From Desulfosoma sp. (lineage in GTDB: Bacteria > Desulfobacterota > Syntrophobacteria > Syntrophobacterales > DSM-9756): a stretch of DNA of 64,000 nt. Under the pieces are notes generated by a model. It saw only the letters and a program-made list of their open reading frames with translations. It was not told the origin of the DNA and did no database searches. This document shows positions 10,404 through 20,391 of this stretch, in pieces (positions within the stretch are counted from its first letter, which is position 1; the number at the start of each line of letters is the position of its first letter). Made by a program: the position numbers and the translations under genes. The stretch spans positions 202,544 to 266,543 of the forward strand of contig JBBFKW010000002.1 of NCBI GenBank assembly GCA_037481835.1. The letters run 5' to 3'.

Positions 10404-13007
10404 CTATCTTTTCTCCACTTTTGCGGCCAGTGATGTGCCCGTAAGACGGCTTCCACCGAGAACGCCCTGGAGGCGCTCCGCCGGGACGACCACGAGCTTC
10501 AGGGGGAGGTGGATGTTCAGTGCCAGTCGCCCCGTCACTTCTCCGCCGTTGAAGACCACCGCCACGGTGTCCCCGGGCATGCACCCCAGCCGGTACGCAT
10601 CGGCCGGGTTCATTTCGATCTCGCCGTCACAGGCCATGACGGCCCGGGCTTCCGGAGCCAAGAGCGGCCCGAAGTAGGAAGGGTAGAGCGCTTCCTTGGC
10701 AGCCAGGTGCAAGGGGAATTCCTTGCGCACTTCGGCTGGCTCCGGAGTCCGAGGCGGCTGCGACGGCCTCCACGGTTTGTAAACCGGGGCCGAGTCGGCA
10801 AAGAGAATGGGCGTTCCTCCATGGTCCGAAGAAGGGCACGGGAGCTGCACCGCCTCGTATCGGGCACGACTGCGGTCTATCCCCGCATAGGACTCCTGCT
10901 GTGAGGCCAGACTTTTCAGGATCACAACGGGTTCTTCATCGCCGATTTCCGCTCCGCCCAGGAAGCGCGACAAGGCCGCCGCCGTCTGGATGATCGTGCG
11001 GGATCCTGTGGAGGTGGCCAGCGCTTTCTCCGTCCACTGGATTCGCCGCTCGGCATTGGTCAAAGAGCCGTCCTTTTCCAAAAGAGGAGTCATCGGCAGC
11101 AGGACATCGGGCCGGATAAATTCCGGCGGCGCCGTCACGTCCTGGACCACGACGAAGTCCAGGGCGTCGCGAAAAGACCCCAGGGCCGCCCAGCATTCGT
11201 CGCCGTAAGATTCCGCCGCCACGAAGACGGCCTTGATCCGGCCCGAAGCCACGGCCTCCATGACGGCCGGACTCCAGCCGAGATCGCGGGCGCCCTGGAT
11301 GTTGGACGACCCGAAAAGGGGCCAGAATCCTCCGCCGGGCTTTCCCAAGCTTCCCTTGGCGAACGCCAGGGAAAGGAGAGCCCGCGTCAGGTCGCCCACG
11401 TCGGGGGATTCCAAAACACCCAGTCCGGCCAAAACGGCCACCGTGTCACGCGCCGCAAGCATGCAGCCGGCTTCGACCAGTTCCTCGTCGTGGATCCCGG
11501 TCAAGTGGGAGACGGTCTCCACGTCGTAAGGGGCGGTGAGTTCTTTGAGCGCCGAGAGGAGCTCCGGGCCGGCCTTCTTGTCCGCCCCTTTTTCGTCCAG
11601 GATGATCCTCAAAAGGCCCAAGACCAGAGCGGTCTCCGATCCGGGCACGTAGCGCAGGTGCATGTGGGCGTAGCGCGCGATGGCCACATCATAGGGGTTG
11701 GCCACCACCAACTTGGCGCCCTTGAGCACCGCCTGGCGAATCGCTGTTCCCGCAATGGGATGTGAGGCTGCGGGGTTGCACCCCATGGCGAAGATGGCCG
11801 GCGCCTCGGCCAAGTCTTTCAAACTGTTGGTGGCGCACACCCTTCCCAACTGCTCGAACACCGCCTGCTCGAAGAGGGCCAGCCCTTGGGATCCCATGAG
11901 GCCCACATGGGGGGTGTTCAGCGATTCCCGGGCCACCCGATTCAGAACATGAAGTTCCTCATTGGTCAAGCGGCCGTCCGTCAGCACGGCGATCTGATCC
12001 GGGGCGTAGTCTTTCAGCCGTCGGGCGACGTGCTTCAGAGCTTCGTCCCACGAGCGGGTCTTCCAGCCGTCGGCGTCTCGCACGGCAGGCTGCCGGATCC
12101 TTTCGGGGCGGGCGATGTAGCGCTTGAGGAGAAAGCGGCCTTGCACGCAGGCCTGCCCATTGTTGCTGGGGCCGTCGGGGCTGGGCTTTACCTGGATGAC
12201 GGCTTCGTCGGCGCTCTTTTCCAGCATGAGCCGGCAGCCCGCGCTGCACACGGGGCAGATGGCCGTGGACCACAGAGTTTCCAGTTCTTTCTTGTAAAGG
12301 TCTGTCACGATGGCCGTCAAAGCGCTGCACACGGCGTCCATGGCCGAGCGGGTCTCGCCGTGGAAGTCCCCGAGATTCTCGCGCAAGGCCCCCACCGGAC
12401 ACACATCCACGCAGGCCCCGCAGAACTGGCACCCCGATTCTTCCAAGGTCCTGCCGAACGGCGTGCCCACGGATTGACGCCCGTCCTTGGATTCCCGAAA
12501 AACGATGGTGCGGGCCCCCCGCACTTCGTGGCACACCCGCACGCAGCGGCCGCAGCGCACGCACAGGCTGTAGTCCCTTTCGAAATAGGGGCCGCCGGGC
12601 AGCGGTTCGGGCCGGGAGACGTCGGGCGCCGGGTAGGGGAAATCGATTCCCACGGCCGCCACCAGCTGCTGAAGTTCGCAGGTGCCGTTGCGGGGGCACC
12701 CCAGGCAGTGCCGCGGATGGTCCTGGAGGATCAGCTGCAGCATCTCCCGGCGAAAGTCGATGACCTTGGAAGACTGGGTCTGCACGCGAAGGCCTTCGCT
12801 TACGGGCGTCGTGCACGCCGCCGGAAGGCCCCGTTGGCCTTCGATCTCCACGGCGCACAAGCGGCAGGATCCGCTGGGTTCCAAGGCCGGGTGGAAACAC
12901 AGCCGAGGAATGTAGATTCCGGCGGCATCGGCGGCCTGGAGGATCGTCTGACCGGTCCTCGCCTTGACTTGCTCATCGTTGATCCAAATGTTGACGTCGC
13001 TCATCAT
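10404..13007 (-). CDS. FdhF/NuoG-like multi-FeS molybdopterin-fold protein
   Basis: IPRLC..GSCRLC..AC [2Fe-2S], HxxxCxxC, CVRCGRCVRVC, CQFCGACVDVCP, CPVCSAGC..CVQG; MopB-fold remnants (GCNPAASHP, EKDGSLTNAERRIQ). Confidence 0.85.
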   Translation of the reverse strand: MMSDVNIWINDEQVKARTGQTILQAADAAGIYIPRLCFHPALEPSGSCRLCAVEIEGQRGLPAACTTPVSEGLRVQTQSSKVIDFRREMLQLILQDHPRHCLGCPRNGTCELQQLVAAVGIDFPYPAPDVSRPEPLPGGPYFERDYSLCVRCGRCVRVCHEVRGARTIVFRESKDGRQSVGTPFGRTLEESGCQFCGACVDVCPVGALRENLGDFHGETRSAMDAVCSALTAIVTDLYKKELETLWSTAICPVCSAGCRLMLEKSADEAVIQVKPSPDGPSNNGQACVQGRFLLKRYIARPERIRQPAVRDADGWKTRSWDEALKHVARRLKDYAPDQIAVLTDGRLTNEELHVLNRVARESLNTPHVGLMGSQGLALFEQAVFEQLGRVCATNSLKDLAEAPAIFAMGCNPAASHPIAGTAIRQAVLKGAKLVVANPYDVAIARYAHMHLRYVPGSETALVLGLLRIILDEKGADKKAGPELLSALKELTAPYDVETVSHLTGIHDEELVEAGCMLAARDTVAVLAGLGVLESPDVGDLTRALLSLAFAKGSLGKPGGGFWPLFGSSNIQGARDLGWSPAVMEAVASGRIKAVFVAAESYGDECWAALGSFRDALDFVVVQDVTAPPEFIRPDVLLPMTPLLEKDGSLTNAERRIQWTEKALATSTGSRTIIQTAAALSRFLGGAEIGDEEPVVILKSLASQQESYAGIDRSRARYEAVQLPCPSSDHGGTPILFADSAPVYKPWRPSQPPRTPEPAEVRKEFPLHLAAKEALYPSYFGPLLAPEARAVMACDGEIEMNPADAYRLGCMPGDTVAVVFNGGEVTGRLALNIHLPLKLVVVPAERLQGVLGGSRLTGTSLAAKVEKR

Positions 13008-13357
13008 GACCCCTGATTGTTTCGTGTGACCGTGAAATGAGCCGGATCAAGAGAAAAAAATCACATTAAAGGGCCAAAAAAACAATGGGAAACCCATCGC
13101 TTAAGCGCTCTTCGGCGGTAACATCCCCCCTGCCTCCAAGCCGTTAAACCATAAATGGAGACGGTTTCTTTGTCAACAACTTGGATCACCGACGTGCAGG
13201 TGCGTTCAAGGCCAGGGGTGCAGGGCCCGCCTTCACGCCCCTTGGGCTCCGAAGGCGTGACCGCTCCATTGCGCCTTGCGTCCGTCCGCGGTCATCGGGT
13301 AAATGGAAGCGGGGCCATCACAGGGTTCGGCACCGGACGATGACAACGGAGGCACGC

Positions 13358-14974
13358 ATGAAGATCGCCTATTTGACCATGGAAGTGGGCCTGAGCGAAC
13401 ACATCCCCACCTACAGCGGCGGCCTTGGCATTTTGGCAGGGGATCACATCAAATCGTCGGCGGATTTGAACATCCCGTTGGTGGCCGTGACCCTTCTCTA
13501 CAAACGCGGGTACTTCATCCAGCAGATCAACGCCATGGGACAGCAGGAAGAGCTCTATCCGTACTTCGATCCCCGCGCCTTCATGGAACCCCTTCCCTTC
13601 AAGGTGACGGTCCCCATGGAAGGGCGAAACGTCCACGTGGGGGTCTGGAAATACAACCAGGTTGGCCAGAAAGGCCGGGTTCCCGTCTACTTCCTGGATA
13701 CCGATTTGCCCATGAACCGGCCCGAGGACCGCATGATCACCCATTATCTCTACGGCGGCGACAAACACACGCGGATTTGTCAGGAGGCCGTCTTGGGTAT
13801 CGGCGGCTACATGGTGCTCAAGAAGCTGGAGCCGGGTGTGACCACCTATCACATGAACGAAGGCCACGCCGTTTTTCTGACCCTGGCCCTGCTCAAGGAC
13901 CTGGGGGGCACTGTGGAGCGGGTGCGGGAAAAGTGCGTCTTCACGACGCACACGCCGGTTCCCGCCGGCCATGACATTTTCGATTACGGCATGGCCCAAG
14001 CCGTCCTTCAGGATTACCTGCCGCCCAACATCCGGGATCTGGCCGGCCGAGACGCCCTCAACACGACCGTGTTGGCCTTGAACCTGTCGCGGGCGAGTAA
14101 CGGCGTGAGCGAGCTCCACGGGGAAGTGTCCCGGCAAATGTTTCCCGGCTTCGACATCGGCCACATCACCAACGGCGTGCACCATCTCACGTGGACCGGT
14201 CCCGAATTCCAGGCCCTCTTCGATCGGCACTGCCCGGGATGGCGCGAGCAGCCTCAAAACCTGGCCAAGGCCCGGGACATTCCGGACGATGAGATCCGGG
14301 AGGCCAAGAAAGCAGCCAAGAAACGCCTCATCAGTTACATCAACGCCATCTCAGGCGCCGGTTTCAGCGAACAACTCCTGACCGTGGGGTTCGCCCGCCG
14401 TGCCGCCTCGTACAAGCGGGCGACCTTGGTCCTCACCGACCTGGAATACCTGGTCAACCTCTCTTATGACCGGGTCCAGTACATTTTCGCCGGCAAGGCC
14501 CACCCCCAGGACGGGGCGGGAAAGGAACTCATCGCGGAAATCGTCAGGATCGCCAAGAAGTACGAAGAAAAACTGCGGATCGTCTACGTGCCCAACTACA
14601 ACATGTGGCTCGGCGCCCTCATGACCCAAGGCACCGACGTGTGGCTGAACACCCCGCGGCGCCCCCGCGAGGCGTGCGGCACCAGCGGAATGAAGGTGTG
14701 CTTCAACGGGGGCGTGAACATGAGCGTCCTGGACGGCTGGTGGCGGGAGGCGTGCCGGGACCGGATCAACGGATGGGCCGTCGGGGACGACGAGGACCAA
14801 AGCGATGAAGACGCCGCCGCGGACCTCTATCGCGATATCGACGACATGGTGACCACGTACTACGCCAGCCCCAAACACTGGGTGCAAATCATGAAAAACT
14901 CCATCGCCGATGTGACCCCCGTGTTCAACACGCACCGCATGGTCCTGGAGTATCTCCACAAATACTACCTCTAA
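13358..14974 (+). CDS. glgP: Alpha-glucan (glycogen/maltodextrin) phosphorylase
   Basis: YSGGLGILAGD, HMNEGH, FTTHTPVPAGHD, FAGKAHP, EACGTSGMK PLP motif; GGAGG RBS. Confidence 0.95.
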   Translation: MKIAYLTMEVGLSEHIPTYSGGLGILAGDHIKSSADLNIPLVAVTLLYKRGYFIQQINAMGQQEELYPYFDPRAFMEPLPFKVTVPMEGRNVHVGVWKYNQVGQKGRVPVYFLDTDLPMNRPEDRMITHYLYGGDKHTRICQEAVLGIGGYMVLKKLEPGVTTYHMNEGHAVFLTLALLKDLGGTVERVREKCVFTTHTPVPAGHDIFDYGMAQAVLQDYLPPNIRDLAGRDALNTTVLALNLSRASNGVSELHGEVSRQMFPGFDIGHITNGVHHLTWTGPEFQALFDRHCPGWREQPQNLAKARDIPDDEIREAKKAAKKRLISYINAISGAGFSEQLLTVGFARRAASYKRATLVLTDLEYLVNLSYDRVQYIFAGKAHPQDGAGKELIAEIVRIAKKYEEKLRIVYVPNYNMWLGALMTQGTDVWLNTPRRPREACGTSGMKVCFNGGVNMSVLDGWWREACRDRINGWAVGDDEDQSDEDAAADLYRDIDDMVTTYYASPKHWVQIMKNSIADVTPVFNTHRMVLEYLHKYYL

Positions 14975-15118
14975 CCCGATAAAGCACTGGGTCCCGAGGC
15001 TCGGCAGATCGCTCGACGCGCCTCGGGGGGCCCGAGCGCGCCGAAGTGGCAGGAAAGAGTCGCAAGCGTGCCGGCTTGGAGGAGCACCGCGGCCGCGACC
15101 TCCTTCGCCGGCCGGGTC

Positions 15119-15595
15119 CTACAGCGCTTCCAGGAGCTTGGGCACGGTGTCTTTGGGGGAAACGGGGGACCAGGCCTGCACGAGCTTTCCATTGGAGTCG
15201 AAGAGGAAGGCGGAGCGAATGATTCCCTGGACGGTTTTTCCCCGAACCTGCTTTTCTCCCCAGACGCCGAAGGCTTCCGCCACCAGGTGGTCCGAGTCGG
15301 AAAGGAGGGGAAATCGAAGGCCGTGCTTTTCCGCGAATCGTTTTTGGGTTGTCGGGGAATCGGGGCTGATGCCCACAACGCGCACGTTAAGACCGCTTAG
15401 GCGCTCCAAGGCCTCCTGGACGGAGACGGCTTGAGCCGTGCAGCCGCCCGTATTGGCTTTGGGATAGAAGAAGATGAAAAGATGGGATCCCAAAAAATCT
15501 TCCGGGCGCACCACGACGCCGTCCTGATCGAGCAGGGAAAAGGGCGGGACGGGATCGCCCGGACCGAGAGGCGCGGGGTTTTTCGGGGCGGGCAT
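15119..15595 (-). CDS. bcp: Peroxiredoxin, BCP family
   Basis: FFYPKANTGGCT peroxidatic motif, GISPD, FPLLSD; alternative start 15613. Confidence 0.9.
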   Translation of the reverse strand: MPAPKNPAPLGPGDPVPPFSLLDQDGVVVRPEDFLGSHLFIFFYPKANTGGCTAQAVSVQEALERLSGLNVRVVGISPDSPTTQKRFAEKHGLRFPLLSDSDHLVAEAFGVWGEKQVRGKTVQGIIRSAFLFDSNGKLVQAWSPVSPKDTVPKLLEAL

Positions 15596-15609
15596 GATGT
15601 CGGCTCCTT

Positions 15610-16845
15610 TCATGACCGGTAGTCGGCGTTAATTTTGACGTAGTCGTAGGAAAAATCGCACGTATAGACCGTTTCCTCCTCCCTTCCCTCCCCCAAATCC
15701 AGGCGCAGCCGGATGTCCTTGCGGCGGAAGACGGCGGAGGCCTTTTCTTCCAGGTCTTCGTCCTGCACGGGTTGGCCGTTTCTAAAGATGCAGACGTCTT
15801 CGAAATAGAGACTGGCCCGGTCGGGATCGAAATCCACGCCGGCGCGTCCGGCGGCGGCCACAATCCGGCCCCAGTTGGCGTCCTGGCCGAACAACGCGGT
15901 CTTGACGAGGGGGGAGGTGGCGATGGTCCGAGCCACCCGAAGGGCCCGGTCCCGGCTCTTGGCTCCGAAAACCGTCACGGCCACGAACTTGGTGGCCCCT
16001 TCGCCGTCTCGAACGATCTGGTGCGCCAGATCCAGGCACACGTCACTGAGCACGCGGCCGAAAGCCCGTGCCTCGGAAGAGTCGGGGTCGGTGATAGGGG
16101 GATGGGCGGCTGTCCCGCTTGCCAAGACGAGAACCGTGTCGTTGGTGCTTGTGTCGCCGTCCACGGTGATCCGGTTGAAGGATCGCGAGACGGCTTCGCC
16201 GAGCCAGAACCGAAGGACTTCCGGGCTCACGCGGGCGTCCGTCGCCACAAAGGCGAGCATGGTGGCCATATCGGGGGCGATCATGCCCGATCCCTTGGCC
16301 ATGCCGCCGCAGGTGATGGGTATTGCGCCCAGTTCCGTTTGGGCCCAGGCCGTTTTCGGCACGGTGTCCGTGGTCATGATGGCCGCGGCGGCATCTTCCC
16401 ATCCTTCGGGCCGAAGATCGGCGGCCAGCCGGGACAGGGCGCTTTGCAAAGGTTCCAGGCGCAGCTGGGGGCCGATGACGCCCGTAGAGGCCACGAGAAC
16501 CTGTTGGGGATCGATCCCGAGCACCGACGCCGCATGATGGGCGCTCAGCCGGGCCCGCCGAAGCCCTTCTTCGCCGGTGCAGGCGTTGGCGATGCCGGCA
16601 TTGATGAGAACCGCTCGAGCCGCTCCCCGGGTTGCCGCAAGGTGTTCCTTGCACAGGATCACCGGGGCGGCACAAAACCGATTCCGGGTGAAGACCCCGG
16701 CCGCCGCCGCAGGAGTGTCGCTCACAACGAGCGCGCAGTCGAGACGGTTCTTGTAGCGCATACCGCTTGCCGCCGCCGCCGCCTGAAAACCCGGAACCTG
16801 AAAGGATCCCCGATTCACGTTTCCGTGCGCTTCGTGCCTCGTCAT
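15610..16845 (-). CDS. argJ: Bifunctional ornithine acetyltransferase/N-acetylglutamate synthase
   Basis: NAGIANACTG, STGVIG, KGSGMIAPDMATML autoproteolysis motif, VDGDTSTND, DGEGATK. Confidence 0.95.
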   Translation of the reverse strand: MTRHEAHGNVNRGSFQVPGFQAAAAASGMRYKNRLDCALVVSDTPAAAAGVFTRNRFCAAPVILCKEHLAATRGAARAVLINAGIANACTGEEGLRRARLSAHHAASVLGIDPQQVLVASTGVIGPQLRLEPLQSALSRLAADLRPEGWEDAAAAIMTTDTVPKTAWAQTELGAIPITCGGMAKGSGMIAPDMATMLAFVATDARVSPEVLRFWLGEAVSRSFNRITVDGDTSTNDTVLVLASGTAAHPPITDPDSSEARAFGRVLSDVCLDLAHQIVRDGEGATKFVAVTVFGAKSRDRALRVARTIATSPLVKTALFGQDANWGRIVAAAGRAGVDFDPDRASLYFEDVCIFRNGQPVQDEDLEEKASAVFRRKDIRLRLDLGEGREEETVYTCDFSYDYVKINADYRS

Positions 16846-16855
16846 GGCCAGCGCC

Positions 16856-19378
16856 TCACTTTCCGCAGCATTTTTTATACTTTTTGCCACTTCCGCAGGG
16901 ACATGGGTCGTTTCGGCCCACCTTTTTGTCCTTCTTGACGGTCTGGGGCGCCCTTTGGCCTCCGGCGGGACCGTAGTACATGGGCTGGTTTTCCTGTTCC
17001 TGGCGGAGCTCCTGGACCTCTTCCTCCCTGCGGATCTGCACGTGGAAAAGCACCCGGATGGTTTCTTCCTTCAGCCGATGGATCATGTCGTCAAACAGGG
17101 CATGGGCCTCCCTCTTGTAGGCCACGAGAGGGTCCTGCTGGGCGTAGCCCCGAAGGCCGATGCCTTCCTTCAGGTGGTCCATGTTGAGCAGGTGGTCTTT
17201 CCACAGGCTGTCCAGGGTCTGAAGCAGGACGTAGTTTTCCAGATCCCGCATGAGGGTGTCGCCGAATTCCCGCTCGCGGGCTTCGTAGCGTTCCTGGACT
17301 CTTCGCCACAGGAGTTCCCTCAGGCCGTCTTGGCTCAGTTCGTTAAGCTCGCCCGGGCTGGGCATGAGGCCGGGTCCGAACAGGCGCTGCAGCTCGGCGT
17401 TGAGGGTCTCCAGGTCCCAGTCTTCCGCAAAGGTTTTCTCGTCCGTGGTGGATTGGATGATGTCTTCCAGGAGATCTTCCGCCATGTCCATGATGGTGGG
17501 TTTGAGGTCGCCGCCTTTGAGGGCTTCCCGGCGCTGGCGGTAGATGACTTCCCGCTGTTGGTTCATCACATCGTCGTATTCCAAAAGATGCTTGCGGATG
17601 CTGAAGTTGTGCGCTTCCACGCGGCTTTGGGCGTTCTCGATGGCTTTGCTTACGAGCCGATGCTCGATGGGTTCGCCTTCTTCCATGCCGATGCGCTGCA
17701 TGAGGCTGGAGATGCGATCGGCGGCGAAGATGCGCATGAGATCGTCTTCCAGGCTGAGATAGAAGCGGGAGGAGCCGGGGTCTCCCTGACGGCCGGCACG
17801 ACCGCGAAGTTGGTTGTCGATGCGGCGCGCCTCGTGGCGTTCCGTTCCCAGAATGTGCAAGCCGCCCAGTTCGGCCACTCCCGGACCCAGGACGATATCG
17901 GTGCCGCGGCCGGCCATGTTGGTGGAAATGGTCACCGCGCCCCTTTGGCCGGCTTTGGCGACGATTTCCGCTTCCTTCTCGTGGTGCTTGGCATTGAGGA
18001 CCTGGTGGGGGATGCCTTCGCGTTTGAGCATGCGGCTGAGCATCTCCGATTTGTCGATGCTCACGGTCCCCACCAAGACGGGCCGCCCCTGGGCGTGGAG
18101 TTCCTTGATTTCCTGAACGGCGGCCTGGAACTTTTCCCGTTCGGTGCGGAAGATGCAATCCGGATAGTCGATGCGGATCATCTTCTTGTGGGTCGGAATG
18201 ACCACGACTTCCAGCTTGTAGATCTTGGCGAATTCCTCCGCTTCGGTGTCAGCCGTGCCCGTCATGCCGGCCAGCTTGTTGTACATCCGGAAATAGTTCT
18301 GGAAGGTGATGGTGGCGAGGGTTTGATTTTCGTTCTCAACCTGCACGCCTTCCTTGGCTTCCAGGGCCTGGTGCAATCCGTCGCTGTAGCGGCGGCCGGG
18401 CATGAGCCGCCCGGTGAATTCATCGACGATGATGACCTTGCCGTCCTTGACGATGTAGTCCACATCCTTTTGGAAAAGGGTGTGGGCCCGCAGGGCCTGT
18501 TGGACGTGGTGGAGGAGATCGATGTTCCTCGGGTCGTAGAGGTTATCCACGCCCAGGAGGCGTTCCGCCGCGGCCACGCCTTCTTCGGTCAGTGTCACCG
18601 TGCGGCTCTTTTCCTCCTTGGTGTAGTGGATTTCCGGCTTGAGGTGCGGGATGATGCGGTTGACCCGCACGTAGAGCTGGGTCGATTTCTCGGCGGGTCC
18701 CGAGATGATCAGGGGGGTTCTGGCTTCGTCGATGAGGATGCTGTCCACTTCGTCCACGATGGCGTAGTTGAGTTCCCTTTGGACCATGTCCTCGAGCCGG
18801 AACTTCATGTTGTCGCGCAGATAATCGAACCCGAACTCGTTGTTGGTGCCGTAGGTGACATCGCATTCGTAGGCGGCTTTTCGCTGGCGGTCGTCCAGAC
18901 CGTGGACGATGCAGCCCACCGACAGGCCGAGAAACTTGTAGATTTCACCCATCCACTCGCTGTCGCGCTTGGCCAGGTAATCGTTCACGGTGACGACGTG
19001 GACGCCTCGACCGGTGAGGGCGTTGAGGTAGACCGGCATCACGGCGACGAGCGTCTTGCCTTCGCCGGTTTTCATTTCGGCGATTTTTCCCTGATGCAGG
19101 ACGATCCCGCCGATGATCTGCACATCGAACGGGCGCATGCCCACGGTGCGGGCGGCCGCTTCCCGGGCCACGGCAAAGGCTTCGGGCAGGAGATCGTCCA
19201 GGGGTTCGCCGCGGGCGACCCGCTGGCGGAATTCGATGGTTTTCGCCTGGAGGGCCTGGTCGCTCAGGGCGCGCACGGACGGTTCCAGCTGGTTGACGGC
19301 GTCCACGAGGGGCGCAATGCGCTTCAGGTTCCGTTCGTTTTGAGTCCCGAAAATCTTTTTTAACAGAGCACCGATCAT
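16856..19378 (-). CDS. secA: Preprotein translocase ATPase SecA
   Basis: [39 protein letters not shown]-terminal [18 protein letters not shown]. Confidence 0.99.
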   Translation of the reverse strand: MIGALLKKIFGTQNERNLKRIAPLVDAVNQLEPSVRALSDQALQAKTIEFRQRVARGEPLDDLLPEAFAVAREAAARTVGMRPFDVQIIGGIVLHQGKIAEMKTGEGKTLVAVMPVYLNALTGRGVHVVTVNDYLAKRDSEWMGEIYKFLGLSVGCIVHGLDDRQRKAAYECDVTYGTNNEFGFDYLRDNMKFRLEDMVQRELNYAIVDEVDSILIDEARTPLIISGPAEKSTQLYVRVNRIIPHLKPEIHYTKEEKSRTVTLTEEGVAAAERLLGVDNLYDPRNIDLLHHVQQALRAHTLFQKDVDYIVKDGKVIIVDEFTGRLMPGRRYSDGLHQALEAKEGVQVENENQTLATITFQNYFRMYNKLAGMTGTADTEAEEFAKIYKLEVVVIPTHKKMIRIDYPDCIFRTEREKFQAAVQEIKELHAQGRPVLVGTVSIDKSEMLSRMLKREGIPHQVLNAKHHEKEAEIVAKAGQRGAVTISTNMAGRGTDIVLGPGVAELGGLHILGTERHEARRIDNQLRGRAGRQGDPGSSRFYLSLEDDLMRIFAADRISSLMQRIGMEEGEPIEHRLVSKAIENAQSRVEAHNFSIRKHLLEYDDVMNQQREVIYRQRREALKGGDLKPTIMDMAEDLLEDIIQSTTDEKTFAEDWDLETLNAELQRLFGPGLMPSPGELNELSQDGLRELLWRRVQERYEAREREFGDTLMRDLENYVLLQTLDSLWKDHLLNMDHLKEGIGLRGYAQQDPLVAYKREAHALFDDMIHRLKEETIRVLFHVQIRREEEVQELRQEQENQPMYYGPAGGQRAPQTVKKDKKVGRNDPCPCGSGKKYKKCCGK

Positions 19379-19555
19379 GGTGGGCGTTCTCCTTATCTAA
19401 GATGAACGGCGGCCGCTGCGGCCGCCGCCAAGGTTCTATAACGCACAAGCAAACCAAATTCAACGCATGGTTCCCTCCTGCCGGCGCAGACAAGGGATTG
19501 ACAAAGCCCGGGGGCTTCTGGTATGCGATCAAATAAAAAAACGGTGTATTGCATT

Positions 19556-20362
19556 ATGAAACGCACGGGACAGCCCAACGCCATTGAAAAAGCCCTTCAG
19601 GTCTTGTCCGCCTTCCAGGTGGATCGGCCGCGGTGGGGCGTGCGGGAGCTGGCGGCCCATGTGGGCTTCAGCCCGGCCACGGTGCAAAGGATCCTTCAGA
19701 GCTTGAAGGCGTACCATTTCATCGAGCAGGATCCTCAAACGCTGCAGTATCGGCTGGGCCCCATTTACTACCGTTTCGTGGAAGTGCTCCAAAGCCAGCA
19801 CGCCGTGGTCCAGGAGGCGGGCCCTGTCATGCGGCGCTTGAGTTTCGAGACGGGGGAGACGGTGCACTTGAACGTCGTGGACGGCCGGGAGAGACTGTGC
19901 ATCGAGAGCATGGAATCCCTCCAGTCTCTTAAGGCCGGCATGCCCGTGGGCAACCGCTCCCCGCTCTATGCAGGGGCCTCATCCAAATGCCTCTTGGCCT
20001 TTTCTCCTGACGAGTTCGTGGCGGCCTATCTTGCGGACCTATCGCCCAAGGCTCTGACCGAAAACACCATTGTGGACAAGGAGGCCCTCACGGCCGAGAT
20101 CGCCGCCATCCGCCGTCGAGGTTACGCGGAAAGCCTGGCGGAACGGACTTTGGGGCTGGGGTCTCTCAGCGTGCCCGTCTTTTCCCATAACGGGGGGTTG
20201 CTGGCGGCCTTGAGTCTCGCTTTGCCGGAACTTCGGTTTCGAAACCCCGACCATAAGCAGCGGTGCCTTGAGCACCTTCTGGAGGCGGGACGGGAATTGT
20301 CCATGCGCATGGGCTGGCGTGGGCCGTATCCCAAACCCGTCGGCCGCATCGATGGCGTGTGA
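19556..20362 (+). CDS. IclR family transcriptional regulator
   Basis: N-terminal HTH (IEKALQVL...SPATVQRIL), TGETVHL, GASSK, AIRRRGYA effector domain. Confidence 0.92.
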   Translation: MKRTGQPNAIEKALQVLSAFQVDRPRWGVRELAAHVGFSPATVQRILQSLKAYHFIEQDPQTLQYRLGPIYYRFVEVLQSQHAVVQEAGPVMRRLSFETGETVHLNVVDGRERLCIESMESLQSLKAGMPVGNRSPLYAGASSKCLLAFSPDEFVAAYLADLSPKALTENTIVDKEALTAEIAAIRRRGYAESLAERTLGLGSLSVPVFSHNGGLLAALSLALPELRFRNPDHKQRCLEHLLEAGRELSMRMGWRGPYPKPVGRIDGV

Positions 20363-20391
20363 ACAACGGGGACAAGGAGAAGGGGAGTGCC

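Noticed and set aside
3628..13007. Selenocysteine recoding in HdrA, MvhD or the Fdh-like protein
   Set aside because: ORFs are full length with no in-frame TGA at motif positions.
13048..13068. Rex-like operator upstream of the redox cluster (AGAGAAAAAAATCACA)
   Set aside because: Only one half-site matches well; too weak to call.
16844..19363. 839-aa plus-strand ORF
   Set aside because: Antisense shadow of secA in GC-rich DNA, with no recognisable motifs.
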